NCBI GenBank assembly: GCA_004431415.1
Contig: QPMI01000078.1
Span: 124,001 to 188,000 of the forward strand
DNA length: 64,000 nucleotides
Direction of reading: 5' to 3'
From: Cyanophora paradoxa CCMP329
Lineage: Eukaryota; Plantae; Glaucophyta
The notes beneath the pieces are model-generated. The model was not told the origin of the DNA. It made no database searches and was given only the letters and a program-made list of their open reading frames with translations. Positions within the stretch are counted from its first letter, which is position 1. Every line of letters begins with the position of its first letter. Both the position numbers and the translations under genes were made by a program. Below, one piece after another: positions 45,616 to 57,604 of the stretch.

Positions 45616-45868
45616 CCGTGTAACACTTAAATATGACGGCATCTGTGATGTCGTTTATAAAACCTGGACTCCCTTGCGCGTGAAATAAGACGCTCCCAAA
45701 TTATGTCGCTATGAAAATAATGAAATTCGAGGTTTGTATGGGGCGCAGTAATTTTGTATGGGGCACAGGAATTATGGCGCTTCCAAATTATGTCGTTATA
45801 GCAAAATTTCGGCGACATAATTTGGGGATGACATAATAAAGTGCGCGTCATATATAAGTGTTATACGG
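45616..45868. mobile_element. 253-bp MITE, Tc1/mariner(pogo)-like
   Basis: TIRs CCGTGTAACACTTAAATATGACG / CGTCATATATAAGTGTTATACGG (2 mismatches), TA on both flanks, internal CCAAATTATGTCG repeats in both orientations. Confidence 0.85.
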
Positions 45869-46004
45869 TAAGTCGGAGACTCCGAGCGTGTCGGAGGTTT
45901 GGACACTGTCTTTTCGAATTTTTCGTCCGGACTTCCGAGCACTCTACCCGGGATCATCGGATCGAGGGAGCAGCCACAGACTAGCTATAGCTAGAAAGCG
46001 TACG

Positions 46005-49000
46005 ATGGGCTGCTGCTCGTCGAAGTCGCGCGATCTGCCCGTGCCGACGCGCGAAGTCGTCATCGATTTCACGCCGCAGCCGGGGTCGTTTGCCGCGGTT
46101 CCCGCCCCGGCCGCCCGGCCCGCCCAAGCCGCCGCGCAGCCGTACGCGCAGCAGCCTCCTTATGGCCAGCAGCAGTCGCAGCAGTACGGCCAGCAGGCTA
46201 GCGCTCCTCAGCCCGCCCGGTCGACCGCGATGCCGAGTCAGGAAATCGTGCCCAGCGGCCCGAACGCCGTGAAGGAGCAGCTCGAGCAAGTGATGAAGAC
46301 GCGCACCGTGAGAGTCTTCGTGTCGTCCACCTTCGTACGTCGCGCCCGTCCGCGTCCGACCGTTAAGCTCGGTCCTCGCGCCCCCGCACACACCGACGCG
46401 CAATTCTGTGCAGCGCGATATGCAGGAAGAACGAGATGAGCTGAACAAGGTCCGTTAGGAGCTCCGCGCAGTCCAGTCCGGCAGATCAAATCAGAGCGCG
46501 GCCGGTCACGGGGCCAACGGCGTACCGCAGGTCGTGCCGGAGCTGCAGCAGCTGTGCGCCGAGCGGGAGCTCTTCTTCGTCGTCGTGCGCAAGCGCTCCG
46601 CTCCGCTTCGCCGCCGCCGCCGTTCGATTCGAATCTCTGACCCGTAGAGTTCGTACGCGTACGCGTACAACAGGTCGACCTCCGCTGGGGAGTGCGCCAT
46701 GTCCACAGCTCCGCGGGCGCCTCTCTTGGCCTCCGCGCCTGACGCGGGCCTGCAGGTGACTGCGGAGGAGAGCAGCGGCGGCGAGGTCATCCGCCTCTGC
46801 CTTGAGGAGATCGACAGATCGAGACCCTACTTCGTGTGCATGCTCGGCGAGAGATACGGGTACCCCCGCCTTCCTCTTCCCCCACCTTTTATGCCCTGCC
46901 CGTTTGGAGAGCGGCCGGCAGGTGGGCGCAGCAGGACGGGGCCCCCCGCGACGAGCTGCTGCACACGACCTTCGAACGGGCGATGGCGTCGTACCCCTGG
47001 CTCGCGGGGTACCGGGATCGCTCGGTCACGGAGCTCGAGGTCTTGTACGGTGCTCTGCTCCAGCGCGAGCCCGACACGGTACGCCCCGCCGTACCCCCCT
47101 CCCCTGCGGCCGTACCCCCCGTGACCCCGCCCTCCCCCGCAGAAGCGAACGCTGTTCTTCATGCGGGACCCGCGGTACGCCCAGGGGCGGGACCCGCGCA
47201 CCTTCGACGCCGAGAGCCCCGCCGCCGCCGCCAAGCTCGGCGCGCTCAAGGTACCCCCCGGCCCCGCCCCCGGTCCCCGCACCGCCGTACCCCTCTCCAC
47301 GTATAACCCCCCGCAGGCGGCGGTGCGGGCGAAGGGGTACCGGGTGCACGAGGGGTACAGCAGCGGCCGCGACTTCGCGCGGCTCGCCCTCGACGGCCTC
47401 CGCGCCGTGCGTGGCTCTACCCCTCCCCGCCCCCCCCCCCCAACCCCGTACCCCCCGACGCCTCGCCGCCCGCAGGCGATCTCGGCGGACTTCCCGCGGG
47501 AGGGCGGGGCGCTGGTGCTGGAGCGCGGGGAGGAGGCGGCGCAGCGCGGGGCCCTCGCGGCGGCCCTCGTCGGCAACGTGCCCGACACGCCCGCCCTCGC
47601 CGCCCTCGCCGCCTACGCACGCGACCGTGCGCCGCGCTGCGCCGCTGCTCCCCCTGGGCTCCCAGAGCCCGGCCCGAGCGCGCGGGGCAGCGCAAGGCCT
47701 GCCGCTGGTGGTGCTGGGGGCGCAGGGCGCAGGCAAGAGCGCCCTCCTCGCCTCCTGGGCCAAGACCCTCCCCGGCAGCCTGCCCCGCGGTCCGCCCTCG
47801 TCCTTCCTCCTCTATTTCTCTCCCGCTCACTCCCCTCTCAGGGGCGGTGCTGCTGCACCACGCGGCGGAGGCCTCTTCGGAGAGCGGCCGCCTCACGACC
47901 CTCGCCCGCCGCCTCGAGACCGTCCGCCCTGTACCCCGCCCCCGCCCCTTTCGGCGGTGACGGGGGTACGCGCGCGTGCAGGCGCTGGGGCTGAAGCCGA
48001 CGGTGTTCCGGGCGGGCCAGGGCTCCGAGCTCGCCCACCTCGCCGAGCGCCACCTCGAGGCCGTGCGCCCCGTACCCCGGCCGGCTTCTCCCCCCCACCC
48101 CCCTCACCTGATCGGCCCCGCGTGCGCGCGCAGCAAGGGAAGGCGGGGAACGGGAGCCTGCGGGAGCGGTCGGAGGCGGAGGCGGCGGCCGTGCGGGCCT
48201 TCCCCTCCATCCTCGCCAAGATGCCCCCCGGCAGCGTCCTCATCCTCGACGGGCGCGCCCGTACCCCAGCCCGCTCGCCCGATCTGATCTGATCTGATCT
48301 GATCTGATGTGAGCGCAGGGCGGACTGCCTGGACCCCGAGTACCCCTTCCTCTCGAACCTGGAGTGGCTGCCCCGGCGCCTGCCCCCGGGCCTCGCCCTC
48401 GTCCTCTCCGCCGCCGCCGGACGGCCTCTCGAGGCGCGCACATGCGCTTCGAATTCGATCCTGACGCGAGCCCGAGCCTGACGCGTCGCGCAGGTCGCGC
48501 GGGAGCGGGGCTGGCACGAGGCGGCGCCCTCGGGGCTCTCGCAGGCGCAGCAGGCCCAGGCGGCCCGGGCCCTGCTCGCCCTCTCCGGCAAGAAGCTCTC
48601 CGACCCCCAGGCCCGCCCGCTAGCCTCCCTAGGCCTAGCTATAGCCGAGCCCCCGCGCGGCCGGTCGCGATCCCGAGATGACGCCCCGCCCCGCAGGTGG
48701 CGGCGCTGACCTCCCGCCCCGCCACCGCCTTCCCCCTCTTCCTCCGCGTGCGCCTCCGCGCCGCCCCCCGCTTCGCGTCCCTCTCCCTTGGCTGAGCGGC
48801 GTACCCCCCTCCCCCAGGTGGTGGTGGAGGAGCTGCGCTCGTTCGGGTCGTTCGAGCGGCTGGAGGCGGCCATCGCGGGCCTGGCGGGGAGCCCCTCGCT
48901 CCCCGCCCTCTACCGCGCCCTCGTCCGCCGCTGGGCCGACGACTACCCCGCCGCCCGCGTCCCCCAGGTCGCCTCAATCACCGTACCCCTCTTTCTTCTC

Positions 49001-50511
49001 GTTCGGCGTTGATCGGGTCGGGCCGGGGCAGGCGCTGTCGTACCTGCTGGTGGCGCCGACGGGCCTGGCGGAGCCGGAGCTGCTGGGGGCGACTGGGGCC
49101 CCCGCGCGCGAGTGGGCCTCGTTCTTCGCGCGGGCGCGCGGCTCGCTGCTGCTCCAGTCGGGGCTCTACCGGCTGGGCAACCCGTACCTGCGCGAGGCGG
49201 TGGTCGACGAGTTCGGGATGGAGGAGGGCGGGGAGGGCGCCCGCGCCGCCCACGCCGCCCTCGCCCAGTACTTCCTCGCCGTCCGCGTGCGCCCTAAAGA
49301 CGAAGCTCGATCTGATCTGATCTGATCTGATGTGATCTGATCTGATCTGATCCGCGCAGATGCCGGGGGCGCGGCGGGTGGGGCGGCACGAGAAGGAGCT
49401 GCTGGAGCACCTGCAGGGGTCGGGCGACACGGCGGGGCTCCTTCGCGAGCTCTCCACCCCGCAGGTCCCCGCCCCAGCCCCGCCCCCGCCCCGCTCGCAG
49501 AGAGCCGAGCTCAGTTAACGTTGGGCGGCAGGTCTTCGGGGAGGTGTACGGGCGGGACCCGGCGGCGCTGCACCGCCACTTCGAGTTCCTGCGGGCGCGC
49601 CTCCCCGAGGAGGAGGTCGTGGGCCAGATGCGCGCCCGCTTCCGCGACCTCGCCGGCCTCCACGCCACCGGTGCCCATCGAAGCTAAGCTACAATAAGCT
49701 AAGCTTATAATAAGCTAAGCTGAGCTAATTATAAGCTAAGCTAAGCTATTTATAAGCAAAGCTAAGCTAATTATAAGCTAAGCTGAGCTGAGCTGAGCTG
49801 AGCTGAGCTGAGCTGAGCGCGCTCTGCTTGCGTGCGTGCGTGCCCCTCAGACATGTACGAGGCGTGCGGGCGCTTCTTCGGGGACGTGGGCATGCACGCC
49901 GTGGCGCTGGCCTTCGCGGAGCTCGCGGGGGAGGCCGCCCGGGGGCGCGAGTCCCTCGTCGAGCTCGGCCGCGCCGCCGCCTCCGGCGGGGGCGCCGCCG
50001 CCCTCGCCCTGGGCCAGCGCGACTACCCGTGCGCCCTCTCTTTCCTCTCCTCTCCTCCCTCAGCTTACGCTTTCGTTTCTGACTCGCGCGGCCCTCGCTC
50101 ACGATCAGGCTGATCGCGGAGCCGGCGGAGCAAGTGGGCGCCCCCCAGATCACGGCCATCACGTCCTACTTCATGGAGAACGTAGTGAAGGAGGACGACG
50201 AGTCGCTGCCGCCCCGCGAGAAGGCCCTCCTGGCCCTCGTCAAGGAGCTCCAGAACGGGTCGATGGCGGAGCTGAGCACGGCGGCGGCGGCGCGGGACGC
50301 GCAGGCGGCGGGGATGCGCGAGGCGGACGTGGCGCCCAACCCCGAGCAGGCGCGGGCGGCCGTCACGCAGGGCCGCCTCCTCGTCGATATGGGGCGCCAC
50401 GAGGAGGCCGGGCGCCGCCTGCACGGCGCCCGCGCCGCTCTCGAGCGCGCCGGGCGCACAAAGTCGCCCCCTACCACAACGCGCGTCCCTTGCCTCCCCT
50501 CCTCGCGCCCG

Positions 50512-50546
<35 letters not shown>

Positions 50547-53500
50547 CGGCTTACTCCATCTTCGAATTCGGGATCGGCGCGCGCAGTGCCTGTGCCAGCT
50601 CGCGGAGTTCTACCGTAGCGTTGGCGATGGCGACCGTGCCGTCCGGTGAGCTCACTGACACGGGCCCCGCCTGCTCACTAGGCTCACTGGGGGAACGCTC
50701 GCCCAGGTACACGAACCTGTGCCTGTACTACATGCTCCAGGTGCCCTCGAGCCCGCCTCCACCCCCCCTCCCCCCCTCCCCACCCCCCCCCCTCACGCGG
50801 GGCGGCAGGACCCGCGCTGCGACCTCTCGTCGTGCGCCATCGCGCTGGACCTGAAGGGGGCGATCCTCTCGGCGGCCGGCGAGTTCGAGCGGGCGCTGCC
50901 GCACCTGCGCGCCTCCCTCGACATGAAGCTCCGCGTCCACGGGCCCGCCCACGTCCAGGTCCGCCCAGATCTCATCTGATCTGATCTGATCTGATCTGAT
51001 CTACGCCGGCCAGGTCTACTCGTCGTACAACCACCTGGGGAACGCGTACCGGGCGCTGGGGATGGACGGGCGGGCGCGGGAGCTGCTCGAGCAGTCCGCC
51101 GCGGGCTTCGAGGCGGCGCTGGGCCCCAGCAGCCCGGCCCTCGCCGGCGCCCTCAACAACCTGGCCCTCGTCCTCCACGCGATGGGGCGCCCCGAGGAGG
51201 CCGCCGCGCGCATGCGCCGCTGCGTCGCCATCGAGGAGGGCCTCTACGGTGCCCGCAGGTCGGCCCCGCCCCCGCCCCGCCCCGCCCCGCCCCGCTCTCA
51301 CTGGTACCTTCACCCTAACCTGCGGGTCCCGCAGCGAGCGGGTGGCGGCATCGTACTGCAACCTCGGCACCATCCTCGAGGAGTCCAAGGCGCGCCCCGG
51401 CCCGGCCCGCCTTCTTCGCCCGGCCCGCGCGGCCTCTGACGGCGCCGACCTCGCCGCCCCGATGAGCAGAACCTCGACGAGGCGATCGGGGCGTTCGAGG
51501 CGGCGCGGCGGGCCGGCGGGCGCCCGTACGAGGAGGCCTGCGCCGTCGACGTCGCTGTGCGCCCCCGCTCTAACTCTAGCTCAATGTATAAGCTGGGCTC
51601 ACCCGTTTATCTACATCTTTGGCCAGTCTCACCCGCGCTCGACCCCGCAGCGGTGCCACGCGAAGGCGGGCCGGGCGCAGGAGGCGCTGCAGCTGCTGCG
51701 GGGCGCCCCCGGCGCGCCCGGCGCCGGCGATCTCCTCCGCCGCATCAACGAGCGCGCCGACCTCGACGAGGACGAGGTCGCCGCCCGCTCCCCGCCCGCC
51801 CCGGCGACGCGCATCCCGCTGGGGCAGGGCGGCGCCGGCGCCGGCCCCGCCCTCGTCTCCCGCTGCGACGGCCTCCCCGGCCTCGTCCTCGCCGCCTGCG
51901 GCCGCGCCGTCTACGCCCTCGGCGGGGGCGCCGCCGCCGCCCGCCGCCCGCAGCAGGTGGCGGCGCTGCCGGACGCCTGCCCGGGCCCGCCTCGTGCCTG
52001 CACGCCGCCGCCTCCGGCGACCGCGTCGTCGTCGCCGTCGGCACGGCCGCCGGCGGCCTCGCCGCCTTCGTCCTCCCGAAGGCCGCGCTGGCGTCGGGGC
52101 CCCGGCGCAGGGCCAGGTGGCCCTGGCGGCGGCGTCGGTTCCGGGCGCCGAGGGCCCCGTCACGCTCGTCGCGGCGAACATGGACGGCTGCCGCGCCGTC
52201 GCCGCGCACGCGGCGCCGTCGCCTGCGTCTTCGCCCTCGACGCCGCCGGCGCGGGGCGGCGCCGGCGCCGGCGGTGCTGCGCGGCCACACGCGCCCGATC
52301 GCGGCGATGGCGGCCTACTCGCGCAAGCCGCGCCTCGTGACGGCCGGCGCCGACGAGACGCTGCGGATGTGGCGGCTCGAGGGCGGGGCCGGCGGCGCGC
52401 AGGCGGCGTGGGCGGCGGACCGGGCGCAGGGCCGCTTCGTGGGGGTCTCCCTGCACGAGGAGGAGACCGACCTCCACACCGCCTCCGACGAGTGCGTGAT
52501 CGCCGTTGCTGCCTGTTTCCCTTTGGCTCGGGGCCCGAAAACGACGCCCCTGACCATGACGGGCGGGCAGTTGCACGCTGCGGAGCTGGGACGACGACGA
52601 GGGCATGTGCGCCTACGTCCGCCACGTCGCCGCCGTCCGCCCCCCGCCGTCCGCCCCCCGCCCCCCGCCCCAGCGGCGGCCCGAGCTCGGCCGGCGCAGC
52701 CGACGGGGCTGGTGGCGAGCTCGACGCTGCGGCGGGTGGCGGTGCCCTGCGCCAACGGCTCCCTCCACCTCTACTCCCTGCCCCGCCTCAGTGCTCAGAT
52801 TCGATTCGATCTTTGTGTGCCTCCGCCCTGCGCTCCGCTCCGCTGATCGCGACGCGGCCGGCAGTGTCGCTGGGGCGGTTGGAGTCGGCGGCGGCGCGGG
52901 CCGCCGGCCCCGTCCGCTGCGCCGCCCTCGCCGACTTCCAGGTACCCCCCCCCTCCCCGCAGGATTCTCTTCCCCCCTTCTGACTCCTTCCCCCCCCCCA
53001 GCTGGGGTACGCGGCGGTGACGGCGCACGCGGACGGCACCGTACTCCTCCACGCCGGCATCCTCGACAAGTGCGCCCGCCCCGCCCTGTACCTCTCCCTC
53101 CGTCGTTTCTTCAGCTCCTGCCCGTACCCGTTCCTCCCTCCGTCTCACCTCCAGATCTCCACGTACCCCTTTCCACCTTTCTCCCGCTTCTCCCTGTACC
53201 TCTCTTTCCCTTCGTCCTGTACCGCCCTTTTCGTCATGTACCCCTCTCGCTTTGCTCTCCGAGCCCCACCTAAGTCCCCTTCCCTGGCCTGTACCCCCGC
53301 CCTCGAGCTGCCTCGCCTGATCTCCCCCCCCCCCCCCCCCCCCCCCCCCCCCGCAGGGTGCAGCGGAAGGTGGTGGCGCGGGTGCAGGGCGGGGCGACGG
53401 GCGCCGCGATCCTGCCCCGCGAGCGCCTCGCGGTCGTCTCGGACGCGACGGGGGCCCTCCACGTCGCCGACTTCTCCCAGTGGCTCCCCCCCGACCAGGC

Positions 53501-54681
53501 CCGCCGACCCTCCACCATAAACTCGAGCTCGCCCAATCTAAGCTTAAGTTGTCTCGGGCTCATAATCAAGCTTCGTCTCTCTGCGCCGGTGTCGTTGGCG
53601 GCGGCGGCGGCTTAAGCTTAAGCTTCAATCTAAAGCTTAAGCTCTCTTAACCCCAATCTCTGTGGCGGCGCCGGCGCCAGCGGCATGAACTGAGCATATC
53701 GCCGCCCCGCTCTGCGCAGGCGCTGCTGAAGGAGGCGGGCGACGCGGGGGACGCCGAGCGCGACTGCCTCCGCGCCCTCGCCGGCCGCGTCCGCCCCGCC
53801 GCCCCGCCCCGCCCTTGAGGGTCTAGGCTCTAGGACGCACCGCCAGCCCCGCCCCGCCGCCCATCTCTGATCGCGGCGCAGATGCCCTCGCCGCCGTCCT
53901 CGGGCGCCTCGAGCGCCCGCGCGAGCTCCGACTACGGCGCCGGCGGCGGCGCCGGCGGCTTCTCGGCGGGGCCGCCCCCGCCCCGCCCCGCCCCGTTCTT
54001 CGGCTCCTCGGCGGCCCGCCCGCCCTCGGCCCCGGCCGGCGCGGGGCTGCCGCGGCTGGAGCCGGGCCCGCGCGGCTGGCTAGTCATGCGCGACATGTAC
54101 AAGGTGAGAGGGGCAGTGGAGGGCTCTTGCTTTAGATGTATACGTGGCCGCGGCCAGGCGCCGCCCAACGGGGCCGGCAGATCGCGGTGCGGTGCGACGG
54201 GGCTGAGGTGGACATCGCCGGCGGCTTCCGCGGCTTCCGCGACGTCCCCCCCGGCACCCACCTCGTCGAGGCGCGCCCTCCCCGCGCCCAGCGCCCCGCT
54301 GAGCTGAGCCGAGCCGAGCCGAGCTGAGCCGAGCTGCGCAGATCAAGACGCCGGAGGGGGCGTGGGTGCGCTGGGAGGTGCGCGTGCCACCGGGCCAGGC
54401 CGTCGTCTACAAGCAGGTGCCCCGCCCCGCCCCGCCCCGCCCCGCCCTCCGCTCCGACCCCGCTCCGCCGACGTCGCTCAGGACGCGGCGAGCTTTGGGA
54501 TGGAGGCGGATCCCGAGGGGGCCCAGTTCGCCCAGGCCCGCCCGCCGCGCCCGCCCCGCCCCCTCGCCTCCTCAAAGAACGCCGGGCCGGCCTCCGCTGA
54601 CGCCGGGCCGGGCGGCGGGGGTCCTCACAGATGGCGGCGTCGGGGGCCATGGAGCACGTCCTCCGCCCCTGGCCCGCCTGA
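46005..54681 (+). CDS. Large STAND-type protein: N-acylation motif, DUF4062, NACHT-like P-loop, TPRs, WD40-like repeats, C-terminal AAR2-N-like domain
   Basis: MGCCSSK; RVFVSSTFRDMQEERDEL..VDLRWGVT..LCLEEIDRSRPYFVCMLGERYG..SVTELE; Walker A GAQGAGKS; Walker B VLILDG; SSYNHLG/ALNNLA TPRs; LRGHTRPI..LVTAGADETLRMW; ~30 introns; stop 54679-54681. A few homopolymer indels. Confidence 0.85.
48281..48308. repeat. (GATCT)n intronic microsatellite
   Basis: Seen directly; ends ~10 nt before the acceptor AG at 48317-48318. Confidence 0.95.
49309..49352. repeat. (GATCT)n intronic microsatellite
   Basis: Seen directly; precedes the acceptor AG at 49358-49359. Confidence 0.95.
49681..49818. repeat. (CTAAG/CTGAG)n intronic microsatellite
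   Basis: Seen directly; precedes the acceptor AG at 49849-49850. Confidence 0.95.
50968..51002. repeat. (GATCT)n intronic microsatellite
   Basis: Seen directly; precedes the acceptor AG at 51012-51013. Confidence 0.95.
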
Positions 54682-55174
54682 GAGGCTGGCCGCCGCCCCC
54701 CGCGATCGGATCCGGGATCGCTAGTACTGGTGTCCGTGTGCCCCAGCCAGATGACACAATCACCACTTCCGGAAGCTGACCAGTTTTGGTGCAGGCTCAC
54801 TTTCATCTAGTTCAGGCCGCCAAACCCGAAGCAGCGGGCGCGGGTCGGGCCCCTGCCGGGCGGGGGTCACAAGAAGAGTTACTTGAAAATGGGGACTTTA
54901 ATTTTCGGCGCGTGCGGGGAGCCGCGGGATGTATATTTGACGTATGCTAGGCTCCGTGGAGGATCCCGGATCTGAGCGCCCCCTCCCGTGACCAGCCCGG
55001 CCGGCGCCCCGCCCCATGCATGGCGGGCCCGGCGACGACGAAGGCGAAGGCAGAGCCAGACGAAAGATCGAATAGACTGTTTATATTACTTGAAGCCTAA
55101 AAACGGATATATGTATAAGAAAGCTAAGAGCGAGTCCTACGTGGAAGCGCGCATGCGCAGGCCTAGGGATTCGA

Positions 55175-55832
55175 TCAGGCTCCGTCTAAATCCAGGCCGG
55201 GGCGACTTGATCGGATGCCTGGCCCGAGTTTATCGCGATCCCGATTGCTGCGCAGATGGCGAGCGCCGTCAGCGCTCGCGCGGGCGGGCCGCGCGCGGGA
55301 GATCAATTTTCGCGCACCGACCTAAATTAAACAGCCCGCGACACCCTTGCGCGCGCGAGGCGCCTTACAGGGTGATGAGTTCCTCCTCGCTGAAGAAGCC
55401 CTCCTGCAGAAGCGGATCCCGGAGTCAGCTGCGGCAGAGCTAGCCGCGCACGTGCGCGGCTCAGGCGCTTTGATTTGCTGCGGCGCCGGCTGTCGCCCGT
55501 TTAGTTTCGCACGGCACTAGTACGTATACTGCCGGCGCCTTTATTTGCGGAAAATTACCGGATCGCCGGCGCCGGGAAATTTGACACGCGGCGCAGCAGG
55601 GCGAGCGCGTTCCGATAGTTTAACGGTCCTCACGCATCAGCACAGGCGCGGGGAGGCGCACCATGCCCGGGGACGGCGACGGGGAGACGGTGGGCGTGAT
55701 TTCCGGCGTGATCTCGGGCGGCGGCGTGAGTCTGGGGCCGATGGATGCGGGGCCCGTGTCCTGCGCGGAGGCGAGCGCCAGCATGGCGAGGACGAAGGCG
55801 AGGAGCGCGACGAAGACGGCGGCGCGGTGCAT
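55175..55832 (-). CDS. Small secreted Thr/Pro-rich peptide precursor, copy 2
   Basis: Same three exons as 34584-35214 with an in-frame insertion (DTGPASIGPRLTPPPE). Confidence 0.7.
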
Positions 55833-56340
55833 GGCTGCCGGCGGCTGAAGCGCGGATCTCGAGTTGGTTTTCGGATTGTGGTATCCCGGACGGGTCGAGT
55901 CGACGTCGCACCCCTTGGTCCTCCGGATCCCCTCTGCGCCCCCCTTTCTCCTCTCTCCTCCGAGGCTCTGCCTCTCCCTTCTCTCCCCTCTCCCCTCTCC
56001 CCTTTAATCCCTAGCTGGAGTGTCGAGATCGACCCTCATGATTAGTCGACGCCTCCCCTATACTATGATATGTAGCAACCCCCCCCCCACTAGATCTAGC
56101 AGTTAACGTTCTAGATCTAAATGACATGCGCACTAATAGCCTGTGACCTAATAGCCTAAATGACCGATGATCATGATCATGAAACGCCGCGGCCGTGCAT
56201 GACGACCTGCGGCCGGCGCCGGCGCCGCGGCGACTTCGAATTCGAATCATATGCATGAATTCGAATTCGGGGGGTATGTCCTACTGCAACACTTTCAAGA
56301 GAATGTTCAAACTCGCATTTTTCTTTTGCATCCGGATCCT

Positions 56341-56440
56341 CGAGGAGCGCGACGAAGACGGCGGCGCGGTGCATGGCTGCCGGCGGCGGCGCTGGAGCGC
56401 GGCCGGATCTCGAGTTGTTCGGAATGTGGTATCCCGGCAT
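56341..56440 (-). pseudogene. 5' fragment (UTR + MHRAAVFVALL) of a third secreted-peptide copy
   Basis: Matches 34518-34616 and 55800-55890, then breaks off. Confidence 0.7.
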
Positions 56441-56857
56441 GCGCAGATCGAGCGCTGGCGCTAGCGGTCCCCGGGGGGCCCGGGCCCCGTTAACGTGCCG
56501 GTGCGCCCCCCGGGCCCCTTTCTCCTCTTGATCTCCCTTCTCTCCCCTCTCCCGTTTAATTTCCCCACTTCTCTCCCCTTTCTTATCTCGAGCTCCCCTC
56601 GAGCACTTCCCTATCCTGGCCCCTACTAGGCTATATATAGCCCCCTGTCCCCCCCCCGCCTTTTAATTAGGCTTCCCCTTCGAATTCTATGGCCTCTGGT
56701 TAAACGTTTCCCCTCCCTTTCCTTGAGACCCCCTCAAAGCCCCCCCTACGTACATAGTCTAAGGCCTCCCTTGATTCGCATCCCCTCCCCTCCCGGTGGG
56801 CACCGGTGCCCCCCCCCGATCGATCGCGAGCTCTCTTCTCCACCAAGCTAATCAGCC

Positions 56858-57314
56858 ATGGCTTCCCACGGCCAGGTGTCATGGCTTCCTCGCGGCGTCC
56901 GCTTCATGCTTAAACGAAAATCGCCGCAGGATCGGAGCATTCGTGACGACTCGAGCAAGGTGCGCGGCGATCTTCCTCAAGTCGACGTACGCGTCGCTTT
57001 CTCGCCCGAGACGGACGCGAAGATCGGAGGTGAGTAGTGACGCCGACCCCTTAAGCTTGTATACGCGCGTACCACTTTCTTTGACGTTCTCGTGCGCATG
57101 CGCAGCCTCGGCTGAGAGTTTAAGTAAGAGCGTCGACCAGATCGCCAAAGACTTTTCCCAGGCCACGAAGAGCTTCGACCAACTCTGCAAAGACTTCGGT
57201 CTGGGCTCGATGGCGTTTGGAGTCGGCTCCTTCCTCGGCGGGGCCGGCGTGTTTATTCTAAGCGTCCGCCGCGGCCGTGCGCCACCGAGCGCCTCGGGCT
57301 TCGGGTACCGCTGA
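56858..57314 (+). CDS. Small orphan protein (~108 aa, 3 exons) with a helical repeat and C-terminal hydrophobic anchor, copy A
   Basis: ATG, two GT-AG introns and the reading frame are conserved with copy B; C-terminal FGVGSFLGGAGVFILSV followed by RRGR. Confidence 0.6.
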
Positions 57315-57604
57315 GATTCTCGTCCTCTGGCGGCGTAGTAGTACTAGTGCCCTGTTTCTGAGCTCTTTTGCAGCAATGTTTTATCATGTGTGTGACTCGC
57401 GCGCTCTAGATCTTCAATTGCTACGCAGCCCGTGCTCTGGCGGGGCACTCTCTCAGAGTATGCAGACAAGCGAATTAGAGAGATAACACCACGTGCTTAA
57501 GCTTGGTGCTTCTCTGGGTTCTGTGCGAATCCGCCAGCTGCAGTGTGCATGTACATGTGGCGCCGTGGCACCGCCAATGCTTCTGGATCGTTCCGAAGTT
57601 CGGG

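Noticed and set aside
48281-51002. (GATCT)n and (CTAAG)n as interstitial telomeric repeats
   Set aside because: They do not match known telomere units, vary in sequence, and are confined to intron 3' regions.
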